Virus record (IMG/VR): IMGVR_UViG_3300045996_001187
Coordinates: 1-56,492 of that record
Strand: one strand, 5' to 3'
Source: a virus
Lineage: Duplodnaviria > Caudoviricetes
DNA length: 56,492 nt
The translations under genes were made by a program, and so were the position numbers. Below, piece by piece: positions 26,964 to 36,251 of this stretch. Each line of letters begins with the position of its first letter. The first letter of the stretch is position 1. Below the pieces are notes generated by a model. The model had not been told where the DNA came from. It ran no database searches and saw nothing but the letters and a program-made list of their open reading frames with translations.

Positions 26964-28544
26964 TTAACTGAAGAACTTCTTTTTAACGACGGTCGATTGA
27001 GCGGCCGGCGGTGCTTCTGCCTTTAACATCAAATCCGTCAAAATCCACACCGCTGCATCCAATCGGTTCGGCGACGGCTCCCCGGGCACCCAGGAGCACA
27101 TCTCAGACTCAAGCGCCACGAACTCGCCCACATGATGCACTCTGCCGTCCTCGTAAAGCTTCTGAACCGGTTCTGCCCGGGTGAGCTTGCCCCGACTCGC
27201 ATGAACCAACTTCACCCGTGGCGCATTCGGTATCGTGCCAATCGTGATCTCCACCATCTCGCCGCCATTATTCGACTCCGCAACCAACACATCACCGCCA
27301 TGCTGGTGGTACCCATCGACTGCTGCACTAGCCCAGACCTTCGGGCTCCCCTGCACTGACTTGTCATCGAAGACATAGCCGTGGATCACGTCGTTTACCT
27401 TGGCAATGCCCGCCACGATTACGCCGGCTTCATCTCCGGTCGAAGTTGCGGACGGGTCCACCCCGACCCCGACACGTATCAGGTCCGGCATCTCTGACCA
27501 CGAAATTCGATGTGCCTCAATATCCCGCTTGCGGTCCCATAGCCCGTTTTCATCGTCGTCAACTTCCTGTTGCGCCTCTCGTAGAAACGCCGCCCTGCCC
27601 CATTCATTTAACTGTTTCTCGCACGTCTCAAGGCTCTGTCCCTGCCAGGTCGGAGTGCCTGCCGTGATCCGGTAATAGGTCAAACCATTCTCGCCTGTGG
27701 TTGGCTCGAACTCCAGTCCGACCACCGCAGCCTCTACGGTCGGCACTTCCCGGGTGAGGAGGAAATCAGCGCGGCCATCGGCCAGTTGTGAAACGATGCC
27801 ATCCTTGTGTATTTTGTTCTGCACAAATAAAATGGCGCAGTCGCTCGAACCTGCCGGAAGTATCGACTCCGTAATTGTTTCGATCTTCTTTTGGACTTGC
27901 TCCGGTTTTTCATGGCGTTTATCGATGTCATCAAAAATAATCAGGTCCGGCCGGTAGTCGTCCAGCTTAACGCCGCGACTAGCCGCATCCAAACCGAGAG
28001 CCAACACATTAAACCCTGTCTCGCATCGAATCAGGTCAACGCTCCAGCCCTTCGAGTGCCCATACTTGCCGACCGCCCGCCCAATATTCAGGTCTTCTAA
28101 CTTCCCGGCTACGGCCTGAACGTGCGTGTTGGCCCGGTCCTGAGTCTCAGAGACATAGAGCACGAAACGCCGCGCCGGCCGCTTCTCGCCGTTCACTTCT
28201 ACGATGCGGGTGCCGATGCGCACACATCCCAGTTCCGCTGTGCTCGACTTGGCCCCGCCACGAGGCCACACATCCACCCTGGGACGCGGGCGGACTCCCG
28301 GGGTTAGGGCTTCGAACCACTCCCATAGCCGCACATGGCGATCCGCAAACGGGTGCTCCGTTGCCCGAGGGAAACGTTCCTTAAGCCACTGCCGCCACCC
28401 TGCCGAATTATCAATGTACTTGCCCGTTGCCTTAATGCCCCGGTGCCTGCCAGCTACTTTAGCCGCCGTGGAAGATGGAGTCGATAACTTGGTCCGCTGT
28501 GTCCGGCGGGCAAACTTCCCTAATTTTACGGATGACGATATCAA
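26964..28544 (-). CDS. terL: Terminase large subunit
   Basis: Walker A PRGGAKS; Walker B LIIFDD; nuclease GVDPS...ESNNGG...DAAVW. Confidence 0.95.
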   Translation of the reverse strand: MISSSVKLGKFARRTQRTKLSTPSSTAAKVAGRHRGIKATGKYIDNSAGWRQWLKERFPRATEHPFADRHVRLWEWFEALTPGVRPRPRVDVWPRGGAKSSTAELGCVRIGTRIVEVNGEKRPARRFVLYVSETQDRANTHVQAVAGKLEDLNIGRAVGKYGHSKGWSVDLIRCETGFNVLALGLDAASRGVKLDDYRPDLIIFDDIDKRHEKPEQVQKKIETITESILPAGSSDCAILFVQNKIHKDGIVSQLADGRADFLLTREVPTVEAAVVGLEFEPTTGENGLTYYRITAGTPTWQGQSLETCEKQLNEWGRAAFLREAQQEVDDDENGLWDRKRDIEAHRISWSEMPDLIRVGVGVDPSATSTGDEAGVIVAGIAKVNDVIHGYVFDDKSVQGSPKVWASAAVDGYHQHGGDVLVAESNNGGEMVEITIGTIPNAPRVKLVHASRGKLTRAEPVQKLYEDGRVHHVGEFVALESEMCSWVPGEPSPNRLDAAVWILTDLMLKAEAPPAAQSTVVKKKFFS

Positions 28545-28785
28545 GTTCAGCGTCCACCTTTTCTTGAATCAAAATGTCATCGCCGCTCTTGGGAGTGCCA
28601 TAGATGCGGTCGAAAATGAAAGCAGCGCATCGGACATCAGCGGCTTTTGCCCGGGCCACAATCGCATTGATAATCTGCTTGCGGTCTTCGTCCGGGCACG
28701 CCTCATCCAACAGGGATTTAAGCTCATCGGATACCGATTTCTTTTTACGCCCTGAGTTATTTCGTGCTCCACCATGACTTGCCAT
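28459..28785 (-). CDS. terS: Terminase small subunit
   Basis: GGAR..SGRKK...AAFIFDRIYG.P pattern; upstream of terL. Confidence 0.75.
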   Translation of the reverse strand: MASHGGARNNSGRKKKSVSDELKSLLDEACPDEDRKQIINAIVARAKAADVRCAAFIFDRIYGTPKSGDDILIQEKVDAELDIVIRKIREVCPPDTADQVIDSIFHGG

Positions 28786-28839
28786 TTAACTCAACTTGAA
28801 AAAACTTGAAAAAATCAAGTGGGTTCTCACCCCCGCCCC

Positions 28840-29031
28840 TCAACCGCCTCCAACCCTCTGCCAGGGTTCCGGTTTGAATGTCCCTGCCCCTCGGTCAACT
28901 GCGTCTTCAATCATGGATTGAATCTCCGAATACCACAGTGACTCGCGGGGTACCGCACCAGTCACATTGACCCAATCCTCTAGCTCTGCAACCGCCTCAG
29001 ACTTCTGTTTTTTAATTTCATCCTCGGTCAT
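28840..29031 (-). CDS. Small hypothetical protein flanked by 15-bp direct repeats
   Basis: TCAACCGCCTCCAAC at 28840-28854 and 29035-29049. Confidence 0.6.
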   Translation of the reverse strand: MTEDEIKKQKSEAVAELEDWVNVTGAVPRESLWYSEIQSMIEDAVDRGAGTFKPEPWQRVGGG

Positions 29032-29052
29032 GCTTCAACCGCCTCCAACAAC

Positions 29053-29478
29053 TCAACAACTACCAGGGCTACGCGCCTTCGCCTCAACTGTATGAGGCAT
29101 CACGCCCTTAATCTGCTCGATAATCTCGTGTCCGTGCCGCTTGAGTTTCGCTATCTCTTTACGCCTGGCCGGGTCGTCATTCCCAATGTCTTCGATAAGC
29201 GCTAAGGCATCCTGAACGAAGGTCACGAAGAACGACATCAAGTACAACTCTGTCGCCCGCTTTTCTGCGTCTTGCGCCTCCTTAGCAACGAACTTTCGTT
29301 CCATCGAAACAACTTCGCGCTCCAGGGCGTCTATGCGAGCATCGCGGGCCGCTATGGCATCCTCTAGCTTGGTTAGGCGATTGAATCGATTGTTGACCCA
29401 CGCAACGATAAGAGAAGCCGCCAGGGTAAGAATAGCGCCCAAAATAAGATTGAGAGTTTCTTTACCCACATCGTGCAT
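29053..29478 (-). CDS. Membrane-anchored coiled-coil protein of the lysis module
   Basis: N-terminal TM helix plus coiled coil. Confidence 0.6.
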   Translation of the reverse strand: MHDVGKETLNLILGAILTLAASLIVAWVNNRFNRLTKLEDAIAARDARIDALEREVVSMERKFVAKEAQDAEKRATELYLMSFFVTFVQDALALIEDIGNDDPARRKEIAKLKRHGHEIIEQIKGVMPHTVEAKARSPGSC

Positions 29479-29595
29479 CCCCTCGGTTCGTTAAGCAAGT
29501 CATTGTTATAATTTCGGTCATCGTCATATCCTAGCTCTTCAGGTGTGGCGTTAGTCTCCGGCACTAGTGGACGCTGGTGTCGGAGGCGTCTTCTG

Positions 29596-30363
29596 TTATC
29601 GACTTACTGTTATTTCTCCCGGCTTGACATCCAGCCTCAGCCCCGAAAACTCCGCCAGTGCCCTTACCGGCAGCAGTGCGTGTTCGCCCATAAACTTCGG
29701 CTGCACTGATACTTCCCGGCCATTCAGGGTCACAGCCTGTGCGTCCTGATTCCATCCGACCTCAAGCCCCAGAGAGTTCCCCCAGTCCCGAGCGCCTACC
29801 CATGCAGTACCGTTCTGAATGACGGCGCGTATCTTTTTCGCGCCAATAGCAACGTCCCAGGACTTCTCCTTGGCTTCCTCGCACAGATTGCCCCACCGAA
29901 CGAACACATAGCGTTCACTCATGGTGCGCGATAGCGAATAGACGCCGTTGCCGTTGGCACTCCCGTTGTCGTTCGTATTGCCTTCGACTGTCTTGAACTT
30001 CCCGGCCGCCACGGAGGCCACAAAGCCGGTATGGATAGCGTCGTTGCGGCTCGACTTGCTCAGCAGCAAAAAAACGTCCCCCGCTTTCGGTGACGTATCG
30101 AGAATCTTATTGCGCCGCGCCCAATCGAGAATGAAGTCGCAAGAGGCAGTGGGGATCCACGGGTATTCCTTCAGTAAACCCACAGTGATGGAGTGCGCGA
30201 TACACCAATTGACGAACGCTGCGCACCAGGGCCATCCAGAGCCACCCAGCGTTGTGGTGGCCTGATACTCCTGGACGCGCTTGCCCCGGTTGGACGAACC
30301 AATTTCACGGACGCCAATCTCGCCTACTGCGATACCGATAGCGTCTCTGACAATGGGATTCAC
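29596..30363 (-). CDS. Endolysin: CHAP domain plus a copper-amine-oxidase-N-like binding domain
   Basis: PWCAAFV, HTGFV and TVEGNT; C-terminal LGLEVGWNQDAQAVTL...LLPVR. Confidence 0.88.
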   Translation of the reverse strand: MNPIVRDAIGIAVGEIGVREIGSSNRGKRVQEYQATTTLGGSGWPWCAAFVNWCIAHSITVGLLKEYPWIPTASCDFILDWARRNKILDTSPKAGDVFLLLSKSSRNDAIHTGFVASVAAGKFKTVEGNTNDNGSANGNGVYSLSRTMSERYVFVRWGNLCEEAKEKSWDVAIGAKKIRAVIQNGTAWVGARDWGNSLGLEVGWNQDAQAVTLNGREVSVQPKFMGEHALLPVRALAEFSGLRLDVKPGEITVSR

Positions 30364-30812
30364 AGAACCACCTCGCGGTCAATGGGCAGCATGTCTGGAA
30401 TGTCAGCCACGGTTTTTCGATCGACGCGCCTATCCACTACTCCAATCTTTGCCAGTTCGGTACCGACGATACCCTTAGCGACCGCTTCGAAGTCCACGGA
30501 CTCAACAGCACCCAGAGGGGGCAGGCAATCGGCTACCGACGGGTTGGAGGCATTGATTGCAGCCGTAGATACTGCCGCGTCCTTTTTCTTCTCGCTATGG
30601 TTCCACGAGCCAACAACGGCAGCGATCGCTACAAATGCGCCGATCGTAACTTGAACTTTACTGTCGATCGACACGCCCTCAGTGCGCCAAGTTGCGACAG
30701 CCGCACCAGCGGCACCCACCGCTGTAGTCACCATCGAAATAAAAGTGCGATCGGTCAGTCGAGCCCACCATGGAGGGCGTACCATGCTTTCAGCGTGTTG
30801 TAAGACGTCCAT
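30360..30812 (-). CDS. Holin (putative)
   Basis: Two TM helices; overlaps the endolysin start. Confidence 0.6.
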   Translation of the reverse strand: MDVLQHAESMVRPPWWARLTDRTFISMVTTAVGAAGAAVATWRTEGVSIDSKVQVTIGAFVAIAAVVGSWNHSEKKKDAAVSTAAINASNPSVADCLPPLGAVESVDFEAVAKGIVGTELAKIGVVDRRVDRKTVADIPDMLPIDREVVL

Positions 30813-30870
30813 AACTTTTTAGACTCCCTCAATCTCCCACCGTGCCAACTCGCGATTACAACTCAATCCG

Positions 30871-31293
30871 TTACGATTGCAACGCCAAAAAAGCGGCTTC
30901 GACGCGACTTTCGACATCATTCATAATGCCGGACGGCACTTCAAGATAAAGCGCTTTGATAGCTTTCCGCGCTTCGGCAACCTCTGGACACTGATCATCC
31001 TCGGCAGGACCGTATGTTGCTTCGAAAATATCAGGCTTGCACGGGTAAATCTCACCCTGCACGCCTTGAATGATGTAATCGCCCCACGAGACCAGAAGCG
31101 GCCCTTCCAGAGTGCCGATTGAAATAGTACCGTCGCCGGTCCCTTCAATGGTCGGATACAGCGATCCAACTTCGCCGCGTTCCTTTTGCCATGCCTGCCC
31201 CATCCAACCGGGCCAATCCCGGTTATCAGTGCGTCGCTCCTGCGTCATCTGAAATGCTTCAACTACAATCGGCTTTTTCTTGAATTTTGGCAT
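30871..31293 (-). CDS. Conserved phage protein (KKPIVVEAFQ...GDYIIQGVQGEIYPCKPDIF type)
   Basis: Recognisable widespread phage motif. Confidence 0.8.
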   Translation of the reverse strand: MPKFKKKPIVVEAFQMTQERRTDNRDWPGWMGQAWQKERGEVGSLYPTIEGTGDGTISIGTLEGPLLVSWGDYIIQGVQGEIYPCKPDIFEATYGPAEDDQCPEVAEARKAIKALYLEVPSGIMNDVESRVEAAFLALQS

Positions 31294-31508
31294 CAGTAAT
31301 CAATCTCCCACTTCGCAATCGCCCGGTTACACCATTCGCACGAATACCCCGTATCTGTCTCCAACAACATCCCAGTCGTCAAACATCTCGGACACCTGGG
31401 CCTTAGCTTCGAATACGAACCGGATTCCATCTCTCTTTGTCCTAGCCATTCGTCATGGCGGCACAGCGATTCGACTGCCCGTTCGAGTTCATTCAGGCTA
31501 TCGGCCAT
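31293..31508 (-). CDS. Small zinc-ribbon protein
   Basis: CPRC...CEWC. Confidence 0.55.
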   Translation of the reverse strand: MADSLNELERAVESLCRHDEWLGQREMESGSYSKLRPRCPRCLTTGMLLETDTGYSCEWCNRAIAKWEIDY

Positions 31509-31605
31509 GACGTGACCTGGTTGCCCCGAGCCGGTAAAGCCATGCCCCAACGGAAGCTCCACAGAGAAACCCGAACATAGTGCCCCAGAGGAACGCCTCA
31601 AACAT
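31498..31605 (-). CDS. Small single-TM protein (35 aa, MFEAFLWGTMFGFLCGASVGAWLYRLG...)
   Basis: TGATG coupling; GAGGA SD. Confidence 0.5.
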   Translation of the reverse strand: MFEAFLWGTMFGFLCGASVGAWLYRLGATRSRHGR

Positions 31606-31847
31606 CACTCTGTATCCTCCCGGTAACAGGTGCCGTCTGTGTCAGGGCGCGGCTTGCTCAGTTCGGCCTTTATATCTTCGAGGTCGCCATCAGAAAATCC
31701 TTCAAGGTCACGGGCAGTCAGTAGTGGCTTGGCCGGACCAGATTCAGCTAACATTCGGTCAAATTCAGACATGTCTCCGAAGTCATCCGGAAGTTCCATT
31801 TCGCCATGCGACCAGGCGTTTTCTGATTGTTTCGGTGTGATGCTCAT
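31605..31847 (-). CDS. Acidic hypothetical protein, first ORF after the RNA leader
   Basis: ORF coupled to the downstream gene. Confidence 0.5.
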   Translation of the reverse strand: MSITPKQSENAWSHGEMELPDDFGDMSEFDRMLAESGPAKPLLTARDLEGFSDGDLEDIKAELSKPRPDTDGTCYREDTE

Positions 31848-31869
31848 AAAAGGTGCCTGTCTCTCCAAG

Positions 31870-32452
31870 CTGTCAAGCCTCTGGGCTCTCTTGTTGTCCC
31901 TGCGATCAGGCCCCCGGCTTTCAGGTCACATTCTGTCGTCCGTGTGATACGCCTACCTTCATTGGGTAGTAGGCCCCGCCTTTAATCCAAAGCCGGTGCG
32001 ACGAAAAGCCCCTCAGGGCGTTGGCAGCCATGGTAGGAATCGAACCTACTTCGCCGATAGTTGCGGCCCTGTCGCGCCAACCGGTGTTGCTTCAGGACTA
32101 TCGACCGCTTTGCCATTAAGCTACCAGGCTAATTGTGCGAGGATACGTTCACTCTACCCCGCGTTACCCTCTCCCTGAACGCTATGACAGGAACTTAACC
32201 CTGACCACCCAGAGGGATATAAGACAACCATGCCCCCGAAGGAACATAGTGGAACATCTGCGCCCTACCATGCACTAACACGGCTCGGACTTCCACACCT
32301 CTCGCGTGTGGCGGGGTCGGCTCCCTGAATCGCTAATGGTTTTGCAAAGCACTATGAGCAACAGGTCTCACCATTCGGAGGTGCCAGGGCAGGTTTATGA
32401 GTCCTACCCCGGCTCCAGGGGACGATGAGGGGCACGCAGGGAGCGACGTGCA
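31870..32452 (-). ncRNA. Large structured non-coding RNA / late-operon leader with an embedded tRNA-like domain
   Basis: No credible minus-strand ORF; many nested helices, a cUUCGg tetraloop and an upstream GGGTATACT. Confidence 0.6.
32022..32130 (-). tRNA. Atypical tRNA-like element (109 nt) with an expanded anticodon arm and no definable anticodon
   Basis: D-arm GCTT-AATGGCA-AAGC; T-arm GTAGG-TTCGATT-CCTAC; encoded CCA; 9-bp anticodon stem enclosing 35 nt. Confidence 0.75.
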
Positions 32453-32525
32453 ATCTAAAGTATACCCATCAGCAAATAAAAATCGCGTCAATTACTAGCA
32501 ATTCATACAACTATGAAATAACTAT

Positions 32526-32762
32526 TCAAAACCTTTTCCATAATCCACTCTTGGAATCCGGTTTTTGACGCACTTCTTTGATATAGGCATCCAATTTTAG
32601 AGCTTGTTCGAAAGTGATTTTTCTTCGCTTGCCCTTGCGGAATCGCCCAAGAAAGCTCCGCATGTGGTGATGAACGGCCCCGCTCGAAATACCGTAGCGT
32701 GCGGCGAAGTAAGCGGCATCCCAGAAAGGTCTATCGTCGGTTATGGGGGGGAGGTTAGGCAT
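32526..32762 (-). CDS. Small HTH-like protein, candidate late-gene regulator
   Basis: FAARYGISSGAVHHH; last early gene before the late promoter. Confidence 0.5.
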   Translation of the reverse strand: MPNLPPITDDRPFWDAAYFAARYGISSGAVHHHMRSFLGRFRKGKRRKITFEQALKLDAYIKEVRQKPDSKSGLWKRF

Positions 32763-33231
32763 TTTGGGTGGCCTCCGGTTCGTAGATAAACACGTTGTCC
32801 GGCAAGCACTCCAAAAGCGGTAGAACATCCTCGCGATTCAACTGGCCCGCACCGATGCCGGGGAAGTTGAGGGCGATGCGGGTGTAGTGAATCGAAGTCT
32901 CGGCAAGCCCCTTGAGACTGAGTTCAATCAATGACAACCGCGCAGGTTCATGCCAGTGAATTTTGACTTGCAAAATACCGATGTCGGTGTCGGGAGCATC
33001 AAGTCGAGGCGGGAACGCCAATGCTCCATAATACGTACCAGAGCCGCCCTTTGCCCTGATTGCACGCCCTGCCTCGCCGGGCAACCACGGATACCGTTGT
33101 TTAGCCTCCAGCGCCGCACCCTTGCCCATCACGAGCTCACCGCGACTATTCAGGGTGCTGTTAGCGGTCACGAGTATCAGGTCAGCCCGGCCTACTTCGT
33201 CCCACAGATTTCCCTTAACGAATGTTGGCAT
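32755..33231 (-). CDS. Macro domain (ADP-ribose binding/hydrolase) protein
   Basis: KGNLW...TAN...VMGKGAA...PGIGAGQL. Confidence 0.85.
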   Translation of the reverse strand: MPTFVKGNLWDEVGRADLILVTANSTLNSRGELVMGKGAALEAKQRYPWLPGEAGRAIRAKGGSGTYYGALAFPPRLDAPDTDIGILQVKIHWHEPARLSLIELSLKGLAETSIHYTRIALNFPGIGAGQLNREDVLPLLECLPDNVFIYEPEATQNA

Positions 33232-33682
33232 CTCTCCCCTCCCCTTCGGCCCTCGATAGAGCCGCAAGCAAATATCGGCCGTTTTCAGTCGCGTGTTTGA
33301 GATGGACGGACACACCTTTGCCCCGCCCTTGCTCAATTAGCCAAACTCGCTCACCTTCATCGCAAAGCGAGAAAACAGCCTTTTTCAGCGCATTGATGAC
33401 CTCACGGTCACTCTCTACCTCTGCCACCAGCGCATCGATGTCGGTGCGGGCGTTGTTCATGAAATCGGTATCAGCTCGAACCTGTTCAATAACCCGCTCA
33501 CACGCCGCTTGGTCATTCTTGTCCATCGCTCGCACGGTCGGGCCGACGGACTGCATTTGAAATTCGTCGTAGTGCGTCTGTCCCGGTTCGTAGTTGATAT
33601 GCTCCCAGTCTGCCTCCCACGGTTTCGTCGCCTTCCCTGCCCGCGCTTTGATTGGTTCGAGGTCTAAAATTGGTTTGCTCAT
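33215..33682 (-). CDS. Phage protein, Ead/Ea22-like motif
   Basis: KATKPW...DTDFMNNARTDIDALVAEVE. Confidence 0.65.
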   Translation of the reverse strand: MSKPILDLEPIKARAGKATKPWEADWEHINYEPGQTHYDEFQMQSVGPTVRAMDKNDQAACERVIEQVRADTDFMNNARTDIDALVAEVESDREVINALKKAVFSLCDEGERVWLIEQGRGKGVSVHLKHATENGRYLLAALSRAEGEGRDANIR

Positions 33683-33888
33683 CACTGCACTCCCTGATAA
33701 ATCGGTTTCGGTTTCCTGACCTTCACCCTCACACGTGGCGACGAACGCGCATAGAATCGCCGCTGTGGGGCGTTTGGGGGCTTGGGCATAGATATTCTCA
33801 TTGCGGCCCATGGCGAAGCACTGAGGCGGCGTTGGATGAGGCGCTCGTGGGCTTCGAGATAGTGTTGGTAGTCAGTTTTGCGTTTCAT
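33682..33888 (-). CDS. Small basic hypothetical protein
   Basis: Coupled at both ends. Confidence 0.5.
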   Translation of the reverse strand: MKRKTDYQHYLEAHERLIQRRLSASPWAAMRISMPKPPNAPQRRFYARSSPRVRVKVRKPKPIYQGVQ

Positions 33889-34226
33889 GGGCTTAACTCC
33901 AAAACCTCAACTTCGACTCGCGGATTGGTTTTGTCATCGAATTGCCGCGCGTGAATCTCGACAATCTGACTGTCGTTCAGGTAAGCCACGCCCTGTAAAC
34001 AATCCAGGATTTGTTTTAAGCGGTTATCGAGGTCGCCGGATTTACGGGGGCGGTAGTAGTCCAGACTGATCGCAACTCGACCGTCCAAGGGTTTGACTTG
34101 CGCAAGCGCTTTGTCTTCCAGCAATGTGGCTTTATACTTTTTTGCCTCGCCGGAGAGAAATACTATCCCCCGGCAACTTCTCCAATAGCGGTTCGCGCTC
34201 GGAGGGAACGGCAACGTGAGTTTCAT
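33885..34226 (-). CDS. rusA: RusA family Holliday junction resolvase
   Basis: LPFPPSANRYWR...DLDNRLK..LD.L....DSQI. Confidence 0.92.
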   Translation of the reverse strand: MKLTLPFPPSANRYWRSCRGIVFLSGEAKKYKATLLEDKALAQVKPLDGRVAISLDYYRPRKSGDLDNRLKQILDCLQGVAYLNDSQIVEIHARQFDDKTNPRVEVEVLELSP

Positions 34227-34257
34227 AGGTTCCTTTAGTCGTAGGTGTGACCGGCCA

Positions 34258-34662
34258 TTACTCGGGTTGGTTTTCGCAATCTCTTGTCACTACCCGTCTG
34301 TTTTTGTCTAGTCCGCCGTAAACTTGAGCATCACAGAGGACACACTTATATCTGTGCAGTGTTGAGCCGTCTTCAATCGTCGTGATTTCGGGCCTCCGCA
34401 ACATGCGGGACGGCAACGCGCTAAAACAGTTTGTGTGCCACACGTCGCGCCAAAAGTTCTCAGGAAGAATCTCCACGGGCGTCGCCGGGGCAATGGGTGG
34501 AGAAGAAGCCGCAAAGGTCAATGCTTCTCTAATCAGTCGTTTAGCCGTATCGAGTTCGCCTATTCGTTCGATATAGCCGCCATGCCTGTAAACCAAAATG
34601 GAAAGCAGCCCGTCCACTTCGCGCAGAAACTCCCGGCTCACGAGTACATTTTCGCTATCCAT
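34258..34662 (-). CDS. Hypothetical protein with Zn-binding-like Cys residues
   Basis: AAGGAG SD; HTNC...CVLC. Confidence 0.55.
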   Translation of the reverse strand: MDSENVLVSREFLREVDGLLSILVYRHGGYIERIGELDTAKRLIREALTFAASSPPIAPATPVEILPENFWRDVWHTNCFSALPSRMLRRPEITTIEDGSTLHRYKCVLCDAQVYGGLDKNRRVVTRDCENQPE

Positions 34663-34849
34663 GATTCTCCTTTGGTTCGGGTATCGGCCCCGCCCACACG
34701 TTGTCAATCCCCGCATAAATGCCCCGTTCGATATCTCCAGAATGCACTTCGATAATCTGCCAATAGCGCCTGTCTGGAAATCTTTCAGGATGAAACCAGT
34801 ACCACCCCGGCACAGTCGGTAATTTTGTCGTCCAAACTAATTCATCCAT
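34655..34849 (-). CDS. Small phage protein (WT..LPT.PGWYW...WAGPIPEP type)
   Basis: Recognisable motif. Confidence 0.7.
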   Translation of the reverse strand: MDELVWTTKLPTVPGWYWFHPERFPDRRYWQIIEVHSGDIERGIYAGIDNVWAGPIPEPKENHG

Positions 34850-34948
34850 ATTTCACCTTCTCTAAATAACTCGGGTGCGTCCGAAATGCCCCGCACTTCA
34901 CACACTTCCAGCCTGCGTAGGCCAGGCGCCAGGAATGGGTATGTCGTT

Positions 34949-35560
34949 TCATGGCTTCTCCTTCCGCTCCCGCGCGGACTCTATCTCTGCGACGGCCTCG
35001 AAAAGGACATTTCGCCTCGCCGTGAAGCCCTCAGGCACACCGCGCTGATAGCCGTCGTACCCTCGGAACGTATCCGTCAGGGCTATAAAGTCCTTTACTT
35101 CTTTAAGCAGGATCTTTAGAAGTTCATCCATGCTCGCCTTCTCCATAATCTGAGCACGCTCCCAGTCTGGGTCATTTTGATACTCTTCGGCAGCAAGGGC
35201 ATCATGGACTGCCTTCCTCACTTCTACCGGCAAGACCTCCGTGCCATCGTCAACACGGTCAGCCCTTTCACTCCAGTCCCTAACCAAGCGGAGTGCACTT
35301 AGAGCCATTTCGACAGCGACGCCGTAGGTGTCGCACTCAGCGTCATCATCCAGATCGGAATCATCGGACATCGTAGCAATCATCTGTTTAGTCTCAGCAA
35401 CTAGGGCGCGATGACCCCTACCTAGCTCCTCGTGGGACTCAGCAAAGCGACTGTGCCGGTTCACGAATTCTTCAAGTGCCTCAATTGCTGATTTACCATC
35501 GGCACACGGCACAAGATTCACCTTACATCCATCGTCAATGATCGCAAATTTATTGTTCAT
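34949..35560 (-). CDS. Hypothetical protein flanked by 19-bp direct repeats
   Basis: TTCTCCTTCCGCTCCCGCG at 34956-34974 and 35566-35584. Confidence 0.65.
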   Translation of the reverse strand: MNNKFAIIDDGCKVNLVPCADGKSAIEALEEFVNRHSRFAESHEELGRGHRALVAETKQMIATMSDDSDLDDDAECDTYGVAVEMALSALRLVRDWSERADRVDDGTEVLPVEVRKAVHDALAAEEYQNDPDWERAQIMEKASMDELLKILLKEVKDFIALTDTFRGYDGYQRGVPEGFTARRNVLFEAVAEIESARERKEKP

Positions 35561-35801
35561 TCTCTTTCTCCTTCCGCTCCCGCGTTGCCAGAGCATCAGC
35601 GTCTTGCTGTGACCATGTGGCAGTGACCTCGAAGTCATATTTGCGCGGCACTACATCAACCTGTATTGGCGTGCCATCAGGGACGCCGTTTTTCTTCAGC
35701 GCGGCATTGACTGCCTTAGCAAAGGCAACCCGTTCACCTTCCATTATCGTGATCACGATAGGGACAAAAACCGTGAGGCATTGTTTAATCTGTGATGCCA
35801 T
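35550..35801 (-). CDS. Hypothetical protein
   Basis: SD; coupled. Confidence 0.55.
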   Translation of the reverse strand: MASQIKQCLTVFVPIVITIMEGERVAFAKAVNAALKKNGVPDGTPIQVDVVPRKYDFEVTATWSQQDADALATRERKEKENEQ

Positions 35802-36054
35802 GACCTTCCTTCTTTTCCCGCGCTGCCCCATCGGTTCGCATACCGATTAAGTCACAGACTCCCCATATCCCTGTGTCACACTGGTGGCCCTGTAGCGGCC
35901 TTGCGCGTGGTTCGCCGGGGTTCTTATTGTTCAGGCCATTGGCTAGCATGATTAGAGCAGGCGTGGTTTCTGTCGGTTTCTCAAACTCAACTGACTTACC
36001 ACAACGACGGCACTTGTATTCCAGAACTACAATTTTTGTCTCGTTCATTTTCAA
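35785..36054 (-). CDS. Zn-finger-like hypothetical protein
   Basis: YKCRRCG...HQC. Confidence 0.6.
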   Translation of the reverse strand: MKMNETKIVVLEYKCRRCGKSVEFEKPTETTPALIMLANGLNNKNPGEPRARPLQGHQCDTGIWGVCDLIGMRTDGAAREKKEGHGITD

Positions 36055-36251
36055 TCACTCTCCGTTAAATTCTTTTTCCGCGCTGCTAGACGGCGCTCGC
36101 AGGCTTTGCACTTTGGGCCGGTCGTGATGTGCCATTTGCGGCGCTGGAATGCCGTGGAATAAGGTGCTTCACCACAAAGCCCTGAATTGTTGCTGTCATC
36201 GAAATAATGCTGAACACGGCTGAACATTATGTCGCGGCTCCAGTCACCCAT
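36051..36251 (-). CDS. Small Zn-binding hypothetical protein
   Basis: H...LCG...CKAC; GGAGG SD. Confidence 0.55.
   Translation of the reverse strand: MGDWSRDIMFSRVQHYFDDSNNSGLCGEAPYSTAFQRRKWHITTGPKCKACERRLAARKKNLTESD

Noticed and set aside
32022-32130. Assignment as tRNA-Asp(GTC) with an intron
   Set aside because: It would need A at position 33, and no recognisable intron type fits
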